Source: Bacillota bacterium
Lineage (GTDB): Bacteria > Bacillota > Clostridia > Oscillospirales > SIG627
Direction of reading: 5' to 3'
Length of the DNA: 64,000 nucleotides
Assembly: GCA_029006345.1 (NCBI GenBank)
Contig: JAQXGK010000032.1
Coordinates: 8,566-72,565, forward strand
Of this stretch, positions 30,452 through 39,123 are shown one piece after another. The position numbers and the translations under genes are program-made. The notes under the pieces were generated by a model. It was not told the origin of the DNA. It saw only the letters and a list, made by a program, of their open reading frames with translations, and ran no database searches. Each line of letters starts with the position of its first letter. Within the stretch, counting starts at the first letter, position 1.

Positions 30452-30481
30452 AAAAAACCGACGCCACATTGTGACGCCGGT
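30452..30481 (-). terminator. terminator after queT
   Basis: Reverse-strand 11-bp stem (two G-U pairs) ACCGGCGUCAC/GUGGCGUCGGU followed by U6. Confidence 0.7.
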
Positions 30482-30488
30482 GCCGATA

Positions 30489-30983
30489 TTACAAACCGAG
30501 CCTGTTTTTATTTTTTTCAACCGTTACGGCAACAACAATTCCGAGCAATCCGCAGGAAATCACTTCGCCCGCTCCGACAGTCAGCATAAAAAACGGTACT
30601 GTACCCTCCGCCTGATATACATACCGCAAAACCAGCGGAACAACAAGCGTATTTGCGATTATCGGCGGCAAAGGCGATAAATACAGCGCCGCTCTGCTTT
30701 TAATAAATCTGCCGATAAAATATGTTCCTATCGCGCCAGCAAGGGTGGCTAAACTGCCGAATATGACATCCAGAACAACGGCTCCCGTAAGCAAATTAGA
30801 AATTATACAGCCGACGAAAAGTCCCGGAACAGCACTCGCGGTAAACAGCGGCAAAACAGTCAGCGCTTCTGAAAAGCGCACCTGAATGACGCCGTTTGAA
30901 AGCCCGAACAGGTTTGCTATGTATGTCAGAACAACATACATTGCGGCAATTATAACCGCACGCGTAAGATCTTTTGTTTTCAT
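30489..30983 (-). CDS. queT: queuosine-precursor transporter QueT
   Basis: 164 aa membrane protein. IQVRFSEALTVLP motif. Preceded by a preQ1-I riboswitch-like leader. Confidence 0.8.
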   Translation of the reverse strand: MKTKDLTRAVIIAAMYVVLTYIANLFGLSNGVIQVRFSEALTVLPLFTASAVPGLFVGCIISNLLTGAVVLDVIFGSLATLAGAIGTYFIGRFIKSRAALYLSPLPPIIANTLVVPLVLRYVYQAEGTVPFFMLTVGAGEVISCGLLGIVVAVTVEKNKNRLGL

Positions 30984-30990
30984 AGTACAT

Positions 30991-31036
30991 TATCCCCTTA
31001 GTTTTGTTTTAGGTGAGGATGGTTTCGAACTCACCG
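30991..31036 (-). promoter_or_regulatory. preQ1-I riboswitch (queT leader)
   Basis: Reverse-strand RNA GGUGAG-UUCGAAACCAUC-CUCACC-UAAAACAAAACUAAGGGG. It has a 6-bp P1, a loop starting UUC and ending in C, and an A-rich tail ending CUAAGG that includes the SD. Compare B. subtilis AGAGGUUCUAGCUACACCCUCUAUAAAAAACUAA and T. tengcongensis ...CCCAGUUAACAAAACAAGG. Confidence 0.7.
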
Positions 31037-31042
31037 CAGGAT

Positions 31043-31071
31043 AGAATACCACAAAAACCGGTTGTTTGCAA
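31043..31071 (-). promoter_or_regulatory. candidate sigma-A promoter of the queT leader
   Basis: TTGCAA-17 nt-TATTCT with TGg upstream of the -10. The predicted TSS falls at the first nucleotides of riboswitch P1. Confidence 0.45.
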
Positions 31072-31078
31072 CTTCCTT

Positions 31079-31756
31079 TTATTCGGACATATATTGCATT
31101 TCTGTCAGAGTAATCGGAAGGTTTCCGTTCCGAGTTCTCAGGCTGTCAATAAGCTGTTTCTGATTGTTCATATCGCTGAGCTTGACAGTATAATACAGCA
31201 TGTAAACCGTTCCGTATTCCGATGTTTTTATTTTATTGAACTTGTAGCTCTCGGTGTTTTGAGACAGAATATCGTCAAGCACATGACTGTAGTTGAGATT
31301 TTCGGGAATATCAATATTTAACTGCATTAATCTCGTGTGTTTCGGTCGTGACGCTATTACTGAACGCGCGGTAAGTATCAGGCACATCAGCACGGTGAAC
31401 AGGACGGAATATCCTATAAATCCGATTCCGCAGCCGAGACCTATAGCCAAGGAGAAGAAAATATAGGCAATCTCATCCGGATCCCCCGGCATGCTTCTGA
31501 AACGAACTATCGAAAATGCGCCCGCGAGACTGAAGGCGCGCGCGACATTACTGCCAACCATCATGATTATGATTGATATCACAGCCGGCAGCATAAACAA
31601 GGTAAGCGTAAAGCCCGGCTTTGTAACCGCGTCCCTTTTGGTATATTTATATACCAGCGAAACCGCACCTCCCAGCAGTAACGAAAACGCAAGCATAATA
31701 AGCACGTCAACAACCGTTATCTCAGTCTGAAACATCTGATTAAATAATTCCTGCAT
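31079..31756 (-). CDS. DUF4956-family membrane protein (copy 1)
   Basis: 225 aa, 4 TM. SIVRFRS motif followed by the IAYIFFSLAIGLGCG helix. Overlaps the upstream VTC gene by 17 nt. Confidence 0.7.
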   Translation of the reverse strand: MQELFNQMFQTEITVVDVLIMLAFSLLLGGAVSLVYKYTKRDAVTKPGFTLTLFMLPAVISIIIMMVGSNVARAFSLAGAFSIVRFRSMPGDPDEIAYIFFSLAIGLGCGIGFIGYSVLFTVLMCLILTARSVIASRPKHTRLMQLNIDIPENLNYSHVLDDILSQNTESYKFNKIKTSEYGTVYMLYYTVKLSDMNNQKQLIDSLRTRNGNLPITLTEMQYMSE

Positions 31757-32495
31757 TGAATGTATTTCCTTTCATATTTACCGACAGCTTTCTGCCGTAT
31801 TTATCATACGCACTTCCAAATTTGGAAAAACCGCTAAAGCATATATTTTCTTCGCTCATAAGCCGCACTATCCAAAGCGGCAGCGCAGACGAAAACTTGA
31901 TTTCCAGCAAAGCTTTATTCTCCGGCAGCAGCCTCTCGCATTTGCCGCCGTTTGAAAAAGTCACATGGTCATACCTTGACATAATGTCATAATCCAGGGT
32001 GATTCTGAGCGATTTGTCTTGTTTCCCGCACATGGCAATTCTTCGGTACTTGATAAATACCGACGGCGACACGCCCGTTCTGTCGAGATAATACAGCATC
32101 TCCGAAAGAATCTGCTCTGTAAGGGCATCTTTACCTGTCGGCATCCTCCGCTCATTTATAAAAGCCTGAGCTTCACCGTAGCTCAGCAGTACCCTGCGTT
32201 TTGTCCCGACTTTACCTATCTTCTTTTTGATTTCAAGAAAGACCGGAGACCCGTTATCTGTCGGCAGCTCGTAGCAACGCATTCTCAGCTTTTCCTTATA
32301 ATACGGCTTACTAAGCGAGTATCGCGCCACCTTGAAGTCCTCGGTATCGAAATATATGCCGTTTACGCAATAGCCTTCGCTATTACTGCAATAATCGTCC
32401 CTTTCCATATACTCGGAAAAAACCGAAGCGAGCCGATCAGCAGTGCTCAGGTCTATAACGCACTTTTTTTCATTGCGCTCAAATACACTTATCAC
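31740..32495 (-). CDS. VTC-domain (polyphosphate-polymerase-like, CYTH-type tunnel) protein (copy 1)
   Basis: 251 aa. ERNEKKCVI, GIYFDT, KLRMRCY and FLEIKKK strand pattern typical of the VTC/CYTH fold. GTG start. Confidence 0.7.
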   Translation of the reverse strand: MISVFERNEKKCVIDLSTADRLASVFSEYMERDDYCSNSEGYCVNGIYFDTEDFKVARYSLSKPYYKEKLRMRCYELPTDNGSPVFLEIKKKIGKVGTKRRVLLSYGEAQAFINERRMPTGKDALTEQILSEMLYYLDRTGVSPSVFIKYRRIAMCGKQDKSLRITLDYDIMSRYDHVTFSNGGKCERLLPENKALLEIKFSSALPLWIVRLMSEENICFSGFSKFGSAYDKYGRKLSVNMKGNTFNAGII

Positions 32496-32605
32496 CGCAA
32501 GCTTTCACTCCTCCCGCAGTCTTGGCGTGCTTTTCTGTGATTTATTCTGACGGCTGAAAGTGAAACTTAACTGAACAAAATCGTAAAACAAAAAAAGGAA
32601 AAATG

Positions 32606-32633
32606 AAAAAGAGCACGGATTATTTCCGTGCTC
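32606..32633 (-). terminator. terminator after the tyrosine recombinase gene
   Basis: 9-bp stem GAGCACGGA/TCCGTGCTC followed by T5 on the reverse strand. Confidence 0.75.
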
Positions 32634-32666
32634 TGCTATAAGAAAATCAAGTGTATATCAGACAGT

Positions 32667-33692
32667 TTATTGCTTTTTTATTGTGATTTCGGCAAGTGGG
32701 TTTTTATTTACGGCAGACTGCATTTGCTCATCACTGACGTGCGTGTATATCTGAGTGGTATTGAGCTGCTCGTGACCCAATATATCCTTTAACACGCGAA
32801 CATCCACTTTACCGGTGGTGTACATAAGCGTAGCCGCAGTATGACGAAGCTTATGTGTTGAGAAATGACGGCCGCCGAGACCGGCAAGTCTCAGCCACTT
32901 CTTAACGGTATACTGAATGGATTTATCGGTCATACGCTTTCCCTGCCTGCTGACCCAAAGCGCGTTTCGGTCGGAGCAGGACAGCGACGACCTGACCGAC
33001 AAATAGTCTTTCAGTGCCGCCCTGCAGGCGTCGTTTAAGTAAAGCACACGTTCCTTTGAACCCTTACCGAGCACCCTTACACGCGACATATCCTCCGGAA
33101 TATCGGACAGCGACAAGCCGGTAAGCTCAGAAAGACGCATCCCGCAATTCAGAAAAAGGGTCAGAATCGCATAATCCCGGTAGCGGTTGCGGTCGCTTGA
33201 ATTGGCAACTGCAGATAAAAGATCGCGGCTTTCTTCGAGCGTCAGATAGCGCGGCAGAGCCTGCCTGACCTTGGGAGACTCGATATCCTTTGCCGGATCT
33301 GCCTCAAACAGTTTTGCCTTAACCGTGCAATACTTATAAAAAACACGTATAGCGCACAGCTTTCTTGCACGAGACGAAGCACCGTTATTATTATCCGAGG
33401 CAATATGGAGAAGATACTCATATATATCCTCTGTTGTAACTGCTTTGATATCGTCGAGATTCAGCTCTGAAAACACATTGTTCCACCGGCGTTTTTCCGA
33501 AACATAGGTAAAAAATGCGCGCAGGTCGAGCGAGTATTCATAAACCGTCTTGGGCGAGCAATTCTGTATATTGAGCTTGTATGAAAGAAAATTCTTTATG
33601 GGTGCCGGAAAACCCGCATAATCAAGCAAGTCAATTAGCTCCTTTGGCTTTTTTTTAATTATATCAAACTGCACGGATTTGTCAAATGACAA
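32667..33692 (-). CDS. tyrosine recombinase, XerC/XerD family
   Basis: 341 aa. Catalytic residues are visible (GMRLSEL, HKLRHTAAT, LGHEQLNTTQIYTHV). Confidence 0.85.
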   Translation of the reverse strand: MSFDKSVQFDIIKKKPKELIDLLDYAGFPAPIKNFLSYKLNIQNCSPKTVYEYSLDLRAFFTYVSEKRRWNNVFSELNLDDIKAVTTEDIYEYLLHIASDNNNGASSRARKLCAIRVFYKYCTVKAKLFEADPAKDIESPKVRQALPRYLTLEESRDLLSAVANSSDRNRYRDYAILTLFLNCGMRLSELTGLSLSDIPEDMSRVRVLGKGSKERVLYLNDACRAALKDYLSVRSSLSCSDRNALWVSRQGKRMTDKSIQYTVKKWLRLAGLGGRHFSTHKLRHTAATLMYTTGKVDVRVLKDILGHEQLNTTQIYTHVSDEQMQSAVNKNPLAEITIKKQ

Positions 33693-33765
33693 TCTTATAA
33701 TAATGCTTGAAATATTGAGGATTTTGTCTTAAAATAAACACAATGGATATTTTACTTGGAGGCAA

Positions 33766-34353
33766 ATGATGTTTTTAAAAGAAAACGGCGGTAAAATTTT
33801 TAAAACCTTCGGATTCAGTATGGTTCTCAGCATATTCGGCTTTATGCTATTTATGGCAACAATCAAAAATCCAGCGCTCTTGGTCGTCGGCTTCGCCGTT
33901 ATGCTTTGCTGTTACCTATACCTGATGTATGAGCCCATGTGGCAATTAGGAGGCAACGACAAACTGTCTCCCACCGCAAAAGGCTTCAGTGCAAAGGGAC
34001 TTGTCATAATGATTGTTGCGTTTCTGCCTGCCGCGGTCCTCACACTGCTGTGCATAATTATTCCTCCGACGGCAATTACTATCGGCGAGGTTACCGACTA
34101 CAACTGGACCTATGCCCTTTTTCAGATAATCAGACTGCTGTTTCACGGCATCTATGTCGGCATAGTACAGTATTTACTTCCTTTTTCGAGTGATGCCGGC
34201 AACATTTCAAATCTTGCGCTGCAGCCGATATTCTTGTTAATTAGCCTTATCCCCGGAATACTTGCCGGAGCGCTTGGTTACTTTCTGGGTTACCGCGAAA
34301 AGACCCTGCGCGGAATTTTCGGAATCAAAGTCACACCGAAAAAGAACACATAA
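33766..34353 (+). CDS. polytopic membrane protein, unknown function
   Basis: 195 aa with about 5 hydrophobic helices. GGAGG upstream. No motif recognised. Confidence 0.6.
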   Translation: MMFLKENGGKIFKTFGFSMVLSIFGFMLFMATIKNPALLVVGFAVMLCCYLYLMYEPMWQLGGNDKLSPTAKGFSAKGLVIMIVAFLPAAVLTLLCIIIPPTAITIGEVTDYNWTYALFQIIRLLFHGIYVGIVQYLLPFSSDAGNISNLALQPIFLLISLIPGILAGALGYFLGYREKTLRGIFGIKVTPKKNT

Positions 34354-34416
34354 TCATATTAACTTACCGACATATTCAAATCACTTTATAAATATCTATT
34401 TATGAGGTGATTTACC

Positions 34417-35184
34417 ATGACAGAGGAAACAAAAAAGCGCCCTCTCGCAGTTCGTACTGTATGGGCACTTTTGTTTTTAATTATCGTAGCCGCGGTTTTT
34501 GTTGTAATGCTTTATTTTGGCGCAAGGATTACCGGAAATACTTTTAACGCTCCTGCGTCGTTCTACTACAGCCCGGCAAAAAGCGCTTCTACTGCCGTCG
34601 GAAAGCGTCAAATCGTTATTCTCGACGCAGGTCACGGCGGAATTGACAGCGGAGCAAGCGGAGTAGCCGGAACCCGCGAAAAAGACTTGAATCTCAGCTA
34701 TGCGTTCGCTGTTGCCGACAATCTAAGGCTGTTGGGCTTTGATGTGCTTTTCACACGCGACGGGGACTATATGCTGGATACGGACGGCTCAAAAAGCCGC
34801 AAGCTGAGCGATGTTACGCAAAGGGTCAAATTTTCGGCGGAACACCCGGATGCTCTGTTTGTCAGTATACATATGAATACTAATCCGGTAAAGAGCTGTC
34901 AGGGCACCCAGGTGTATTATTCCGTAAATAACACCCTGTCAAAATCTCTCGCTCTGTCTGTTCAGGGTACGGTAAAGGAGCTGATACAGCCGGATAACAA
35001 GCGGGAGGCAAAGGCAGCCGGAAGCAATATTTTCATTCTTGACAGAATCGAGAGCCCCGCGATCCTTGTCGAATGCGGCTTTATATCCAATTACCAAGAG
35101 GAAATACTGCTCAACGACGCTGAATACCGCCGTGAAATGGCGTTTGCTGTAGCAACGGCAATATACAAATATCAAAGCTACTGA
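34417..35184 (+). CDS. cwlD: N-acetylmuramoyl-L-alanine amidase, CwlD-like
   Basis: N-terminal TM helix and Amidase_3 motifs (LDAGHGGIDSGA, SIHMN, VECGF). Confidence 0.8.
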   Translation: MTEETKKRPLAVRTVWALLFLIIVAAVFVVMLYFGARITGNTFNAPASFYYSPAKSASTAVGKRQIVILDAGHGGIDSGASGVAGTREKDLNLSYAFAVADNLRLLGFDVLFTRDGDYMLDTDGSKSRKLSDVTQRVKFSAEHPDALFVSIHMNTNPVKSCQGTQVYYSVNNTLSKSLALSVQGTVKELIQPDNKREAKAAGSNIFILDRIESPAILVECGFISNYQEEILLNDAEYRREMAFAVATAIYKYQSY

Positions 35185-35214
35185 ACATAATATTAGAATT
35201 AAAGGAAGTCAATT

Positions 35215-36594
35215 ATGAAGAAAAGCATTACTTATGTTTGCTCGGAATGCGGTTGCGTTCACGACCGTTGGCAGGGAAAATGCCGCGAATGCGGCTCCTG
35301 GGATTCGCTTGTAGAAACAGTTAACGAACCGGCTCCCGCAAAAAAGACGGCGCAGACAAAGACCTCCGGGGTGCGCCAAAGTGTAGAGCTGAGCAAAATG
35401 AAGTTTGACGCAAATGAAGAGAAGCGCAGTTCAACAGGCATATCCGAGCTTGACCGCGCACTCGGCGGCGGCATTGTCCGCAGCTCGGTGACTCTTTTGA
35501 GCGGAGAGCCCGGCATAGGTAAATCAACGCTTCTTCTTCAAATCTGCTCCTGCATGACCGAGCAAAAAATTCTCTATGTCACCGGCGAGGAATCGGCAGC
35601 ACAGATAAAGCTGCGGGCAAAACGGCTGGGAATTGAAAGAGATAATATCTTTCTTCTCTGCGAAACCGACATCGACAGCATACTGTCGGAAATCAACGAG
35701 CTCTCCCCCGACATACTTATTATTGATTCTGTACAGACAATGGTGGACCGTTCCCTTTCATCGTCCCCCGGAAGCGTTGCACAGGTCAACAGAACGGCCG
35801 CGTCGCTTATATCCGCAAGTAAGCAAAGCAAAATGGCCACCATACTCGTAGGACATGTCAATAAAGACGGCGTAATCGCCGGACCGAAGCTGCTCGAGCA
35901 CATGGTCGATGTGGTACTGTATTTTGAAGGCGAACGGTCACAGTCATGCAGAGTTATAAGGGCGATCAAAAACCGCTACGGCTCAACAAACGAGATTGGA
36001 CTGTTTGAAATGACCGACACGGGACTTGAAGAAGTTCCCGACCCCAGCAAGCGGCTGTGGGAGGACAGTCCGAAAAACGTATCGGGAAGCTGTCCGGTAT
36101 GCCTTATGGAGGGCACGAGACCGATTATCGCCGAGGTGCAGGCGCTTATAACCAAATCGCCTTTTAATACGCCAAAGCGTCTTTCGACCGGAGTTGACTA
36201 CAACAGAATGTCAATTCTGCTTGCGGTACTTGAAAAACGATTGGGTCTGAAGTTCTACGACAAGGATGTATATCTTAATGTCATCGGCGGTCTGCGATTT
36301 GACGAAACAGCGACCGACTTAGGAATAATAACGGCGATTATATCATGTATCAGAGACATAAAGCTTGACGGCGGCACTATAGCAATAGGAGAGGTTGGGC
36401 TGTCCGGCGAATGCCGTGCTATAAACAGTATGGATTTGCGTATAAAAGAAGCAGCAAGGCTCGGATTCGAGCGAATACTCATGCCAAAGCGAGCTATCGA
36501 CAGGCTGAAAATCAAGCCCTCGGGCATAAAGCTTGTACCCATACGGAGCGTTTACGACCTTATAAACGCGATAGATGAAAAAAGAGGAGAATAA
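35215..36594 (+). CDS. radA: DNA repair protein RadA
   Basis: Zinc finger CSECG...CRECG, Walker A GEPGIGKST, KNRYG motif, and a Lon-like C-terminal domain. Confidence 0.95.
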   Translation: MKKSITYVCSECGCVHDRWQGKCRECGSWDSLVETVNEPAPAKKTAQTKTSGVRQSVELSKMKFDANEEKRSSTGISELDRALGGGIVRSSVTLLSGEPGIGKSTLLLQICSCMTEQKILYVTGEESAAQIKLRAKRLGIERDNIFLLCETDIDSILSEINELSPDILIIDSVQTMVDRSLSSSPGSVAQVNRTAASLISASKQSKMATILVGHVNKDGVIAGPKLLEHMVDVVLYFEGERSQSCRVIRAIKNRYGSTNEIGLFEMTDTGLEEVPDPSKRLWEDSPKNVSGSCPVCLMEGTRPIIAEVQALITKSPFNTPKRLSTGVDYNRMSILLAVLEKRLGLKFYDKDVYLNVIGGLRFDETATDLGIITAIISCIRDIKLDGGTIAIGEVGLSGECRAINSMDLRIKEAARLGFERILMPKRAIDRLKIKPSGIKLVPIRSVYDLINAIDEKRGE

Positions 36595-36596
36595 AC

Positions 36597-37241
36597 ATGG
36601 AATTCCAATTCAAAAACGAATATAAATTTGAAGATTTGCTCAACATAATGGAAATACTGCGCGGTAAAAACGGGTGTCCCTGGGATAGAGAGCAAACACA
36701 CTCCTCCATCAGAAACAGTCTTGTCGAGGAGACTTACGAAGCGGTCGAAGCTATTGACCTTAACAATCGCGAAATGCTTTGCGAGGAGCTCGGAGATGTC
36801 CTCCTTCAAGTTGTTTTCCATGCTCAAATTGCAAAAGAGAACGGAGAATTTGACATAAACGCCGTCGCCGACGGTATATGCAAGAAGCTGGTTGTCCGTC
36901 ATCCTCATGTTTTCGGTGATACTTCGGTAAACAATTCTGACGATGTAATAAGGAATTGGGATGCAATCAAGTACCAAACAAAAAAATATGACAGCCTTCG
37001 GGAGCAGTTGGACGGAGTATCAAAAGCGCTTCCCTCTCTCATCCGTGCTCAGAAACTTCAAAAACGCGCCGATAACGCCGGAAAGCTGACCGACGAAATG
37101 TTTTCGCTTGATCTCGGCGACCCGGCATTAACCGCGTATGCGCGGGAGCTGTTTTCCCTTGCAAATAAAGCACGATTGGAAAAAATCGATCTTGAAGAAG
37201 CTCTGAGCAAGTATAATGCACAATTAACCGAGCAGTTTTAG
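36597..37241 (+). CDS. mazG: MazG-family nucleoside triphosphate pyrophosphohydrolase
   Basis: CPWDREQTH...EETYE...EELGDVLLQV...RHPHVF motifs. Confidence 0.8.
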   Translation: MEFQFKNEYKFEDLLNIMEILRGKNGCPWDREQTHSSIRNSLVEETYEAVEAIDLNNREMLCEELGDVLLQVVFHAQIAKENGEFDINAVADGICKKLVVRHPHVFGDTSVNNSDDVIRNWDAIKYQTKKYDSLREQLDGVSKALPSLIRAQKLQKRADNAGKLTDEMFSLDLGDPALTAYARELFSLANKARLEKIDLEEALSKYNAQLTEQF

Positions 37242-37312
37242 CAGTAAATTGCCGTTTTTTCTGTCTAAACTGACAAAATGCTTGATTTAAAGCAGTTTTT
37301 GGATATTATTTC

Positions 37313-37341
37313 TTGCAGAAAACATAAAATAGTGCTATAAT
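37313..37341 (+). promoter_or_regulatory. sigma-A promoter of hup
   Basis: TTGCAG-17 nt-TATAAT with TGc (extended -10), 40 nt upstream of the hup ATG. Confidence 0.6.
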
Positions 37342-37380
37342 AAATGCACCAAATTTAAACAATAAGGAGTTTGAATTATC

Positions 37381-37656
37381 ATGAATAAGACACAGTTAAT
37401 CGAAGCAGTTGTAGCCAAGACAGGCATGAAGAAGAAAGACGCTGATGCAGCTATCGCTGCTACTTTCGCAAGCATAATGGAAGCACTTACAAAGAATGAC
37501 AAGGTTCAGGTTTCCGGTTTCGGCAGCTTTGATACCAAGCAGAGAGCAGCTCGCACAGGAAGAAATCCTCATACCGGTGCTGAAATCAAGATCGCTGCTT
37601 ACAAGTGCGCAAGCTTCTCTCCCAGCAAGGCTCTTAAGGACGCTATCAACAAGTAA
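37381..37656 (+). CDS. hup: HU-family DNA-binding protein
   Basis: 91 aa. MNKTQLIEAV...GFGSF...RAARTGRNPHTG. Confidence 0.95.
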   Translation: MNKTQLIEAVVAKTGMKKKDADAAIAATFASIMEALTKNDKVQVSGFGSFDTKQRAARTGRNPHTGAEIKIAAYKCASFSPSKALKDAINK

Positions 37657-37663
37657 TTTTCTG

Positions 37664-37694
37664 ACAGACCGGCTGACTGCCGGTCTGTTTTTTT
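37664..37694 (+). terminator. rho-independent terminator after hup
   Basis: 9-bp stem ACAGACCGG/CCGGTCTGT followed by T7. Confidence 0.85.
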
Positions 37695-37711
37695 CATCGA
37701 AAGGATAAGAA

Positions 37712-37954
37712 ATGCGTATTGACAAATTTCTCAAGGTTTCGCGCATAATCAAACGCCGCACCGTTGCAAACGACGCGTGCGATAATGGCCGCATCATAGT
37801 AAACGGACGAGTAGTCAAAGCTTCCTTTGACTTAAAGGTAGGCGATATTATAGAGATAACCTTCGGCGAAAAGAAGCTAAAGGCAAGAGTGCGTGAAATA
37901 TCGGAACATGTGCTGAAAAACGACGCCTCTGAGCTTTACGAAATAATAGACTGA
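37712..37954 (+). CDS. S4-domain RNA-binding protein (YabO-like)
   Basis: 80 aa. MRIDKFLKVSRIIKRRT S4 motif, at the position of B. subtilis yabO. Confidence 0.85.
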   Translation: MRIDKFLKVSRIIKRRTVANDACDNGRIIVNGRVVKASFDLKVGDIIEITFGEKKLKARVREISEHVLKNDASELYEIID

Positions 37955-38016
37955 TTTTAATGTTCTAACAACGTTTTCCCTCGCATATATTATTAAAAAA
38001 AGCGAGGGATGCATAT

Positions 38017-38283
38017 ATGGAGAACAAAAGCCACAACGAACTGCATCTTATCGGTAGAAGCGATTTGTCGCTTACCGGTATTGAAGATATTAAAAATTTT
38101 GACGATAACCAGATTGAGCTTGTCATCGGAGATGAGGCTCTAATCATTCAGGGATACGACCTTCACATGAATAACCTGTCGCTGGAAACCGGTAATGTCA
38201 GTATTTCAGGTACTATTCAAACAATCTTTTTTGACGATGGCACCGTTGCACCGAAAAAGGGATTGTTCCGTAAAGGCAGATGA
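38017..38283 (+). CDS. yabP: sporulation protein YabP
   Basis: 88 aa. HELHLIGRSDLSLTGIEDIKNFDD pattern. Precedes a yabQ-like gene with a 4-nt overlap. Confidence 0.8.
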   Translation: MENKSHNELHLIGRSDLSLTGIEDIKNFDDNQIELVIGDEALIIQGYDLHMNNLSLETGNVSISGTIQTIFFDDGTVAPKKGLFRKGR

Positions 38284-38792
38284 GTCTCTATACTCAAGCG
38301 CACGAGCTGACGTTTTACTTATTGTACTCTATCGTGTTCGGCTTTTGCACCGGTATCTTTTACGAGTTTTTCCGGCTTATCAGAATAGCCCTGCCTCACT
38401 CTAAAACAATCATTTTCATTGAAGACTTTATCTACAGTGCAATCGCCGTATTATTGTACGGCGTATTTGTTTTCTGCTCGGCTACTCTGTGCAGTGCCGG
38501 CACAGTGCGCTGGTTTTCGGTATTTGGTTCGGTATTGGGGTTCATTATATATTTTTTAACGCTCGGAAAACTTGTTTTCAAGCTTTCCGACAAGATAATC
38601 GGTCTGATTAAAAAGATATTAAAAACCGTAACAAAAATACTGTTCTACCCCTTGAAAAAAATCGCAAATCGTGTAATACTATTATTGAAGAAGTTAAAAA
38701 ATCGTCACGCAGAATACAGCCGTGCTAAAAAAGAACGAAAAATGCTTGAAGCGGTTGTTAAAAGCGCGGGACGGGGATTTCAGAAAGGATGA
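38280..38792 (+). CDS. yabQ: spore cortex biosynthesis protein YabQ
   Basis: 170 aa, multi-TM. Called from its position between yabP and divIC. Confidence 0.65.
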   Translation: MSLYTQAHELTFYLLYSIVFGFCTGIFYEFFRLIRIALPHSKTIIFIEDFIYSAIAVLLYGVFVFCSATLCSAGTVRWFSVFGSVLGFIIYFLTLGKLVFKLSDKIIGLIKKILKTVTKILFYPLKKIANRVILLLKKLKNRHAEYSRAKKERKMLEAVVKSAGRGFQKG

Positions 38793-38798
38793 TCGGTC

Positions 38799-39077
38799 AT
38801 GGGAAAAAAGCTCGGGCTGTTTTCAAAGATTGCATTTTTGGCAGTCGCGGTGTTTCTCGTCATTTCGATTATTCAGATGAATATTAAAATCAATGCCAAA
38901 AAAGAGGAATATAACAGGCTTCTCACTGAGCTTGCGGCCGCCAAGCTGAATGTTGAAGATTTGACAGAACAGCTTGAAAGCCCGATATGCGAGGAAAGCA
39001 TTAAGCGCATCGCCAAGGAAAAGCTTAATTTGCGCGAGCCCGGCGAGCTTATTTTCGCAAGCGACTACAGAAATTGA
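38799..39077 (+). CDS. divIC: septum formation initiator (DivIC/FtsB family)
   Basis: 92 aa. A single N-terminal TM helix plus coiled coil (EEYNRLLTELAAAKLNVEDL). Confidence 0.7.
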   Translation: MGKKLGLFSKIAFLAVAVFLVISIIQMNIKINAKKEEYNRLLTELAAAKLNVEDLTEQLESPICEESIKRIAKEKLNLREPGELIFASDYRN

Positions 39078-39083
39078 ATTTTC

Positions 39084-39108
39084 AGGGGCTCAATCGAGCC
39101 CCTTTTTT
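39084..39108 (+). terminator. rho-independent terminator after divIC
   Basis: AGGGGCTC-aatc-GAGCCCCT followed by T6. Confidence 0.8.
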
Positions 39109-39123
39109 ATTAAGGAAAAAATT

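Noticed and set aside
31021-31035. GGTTTCGAACTCACC, reminiscent of a tRNA T-arm.
   Set aside because: There are no acceptor, D or anticodon arms around it. It is the complement of the preQ1 riboswitch P1/loop.
32667-33692. The tyrosine recombinase as a marker of a prophage or integrative element.
   Set aside because: There are no phage, conjugation or transposition genes on either side, no tRNA target, and I could find no flanking direct repeats. It is more consistent with a chromosomal Xer-type recombinase.
37975-38016. SigE-like promoter elements (GCATATA ... CATATATG) and a 7-bp hairpin upstream of yabP.
   Set aside because: The putative -10 overlaps the yabP start codon, so the transcript would start inside the CDS. 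The geometry does not work.
38974-39123. 50-codon N-terminal extension of the amidohydrolase ORF, overlapping divIC.
   Set aside because: It overlaps the divIC 3' end and runs through the divIC terminator hairpin (39084..39108). ATG 39124 gives a normal amidohydrolase N-terminus.
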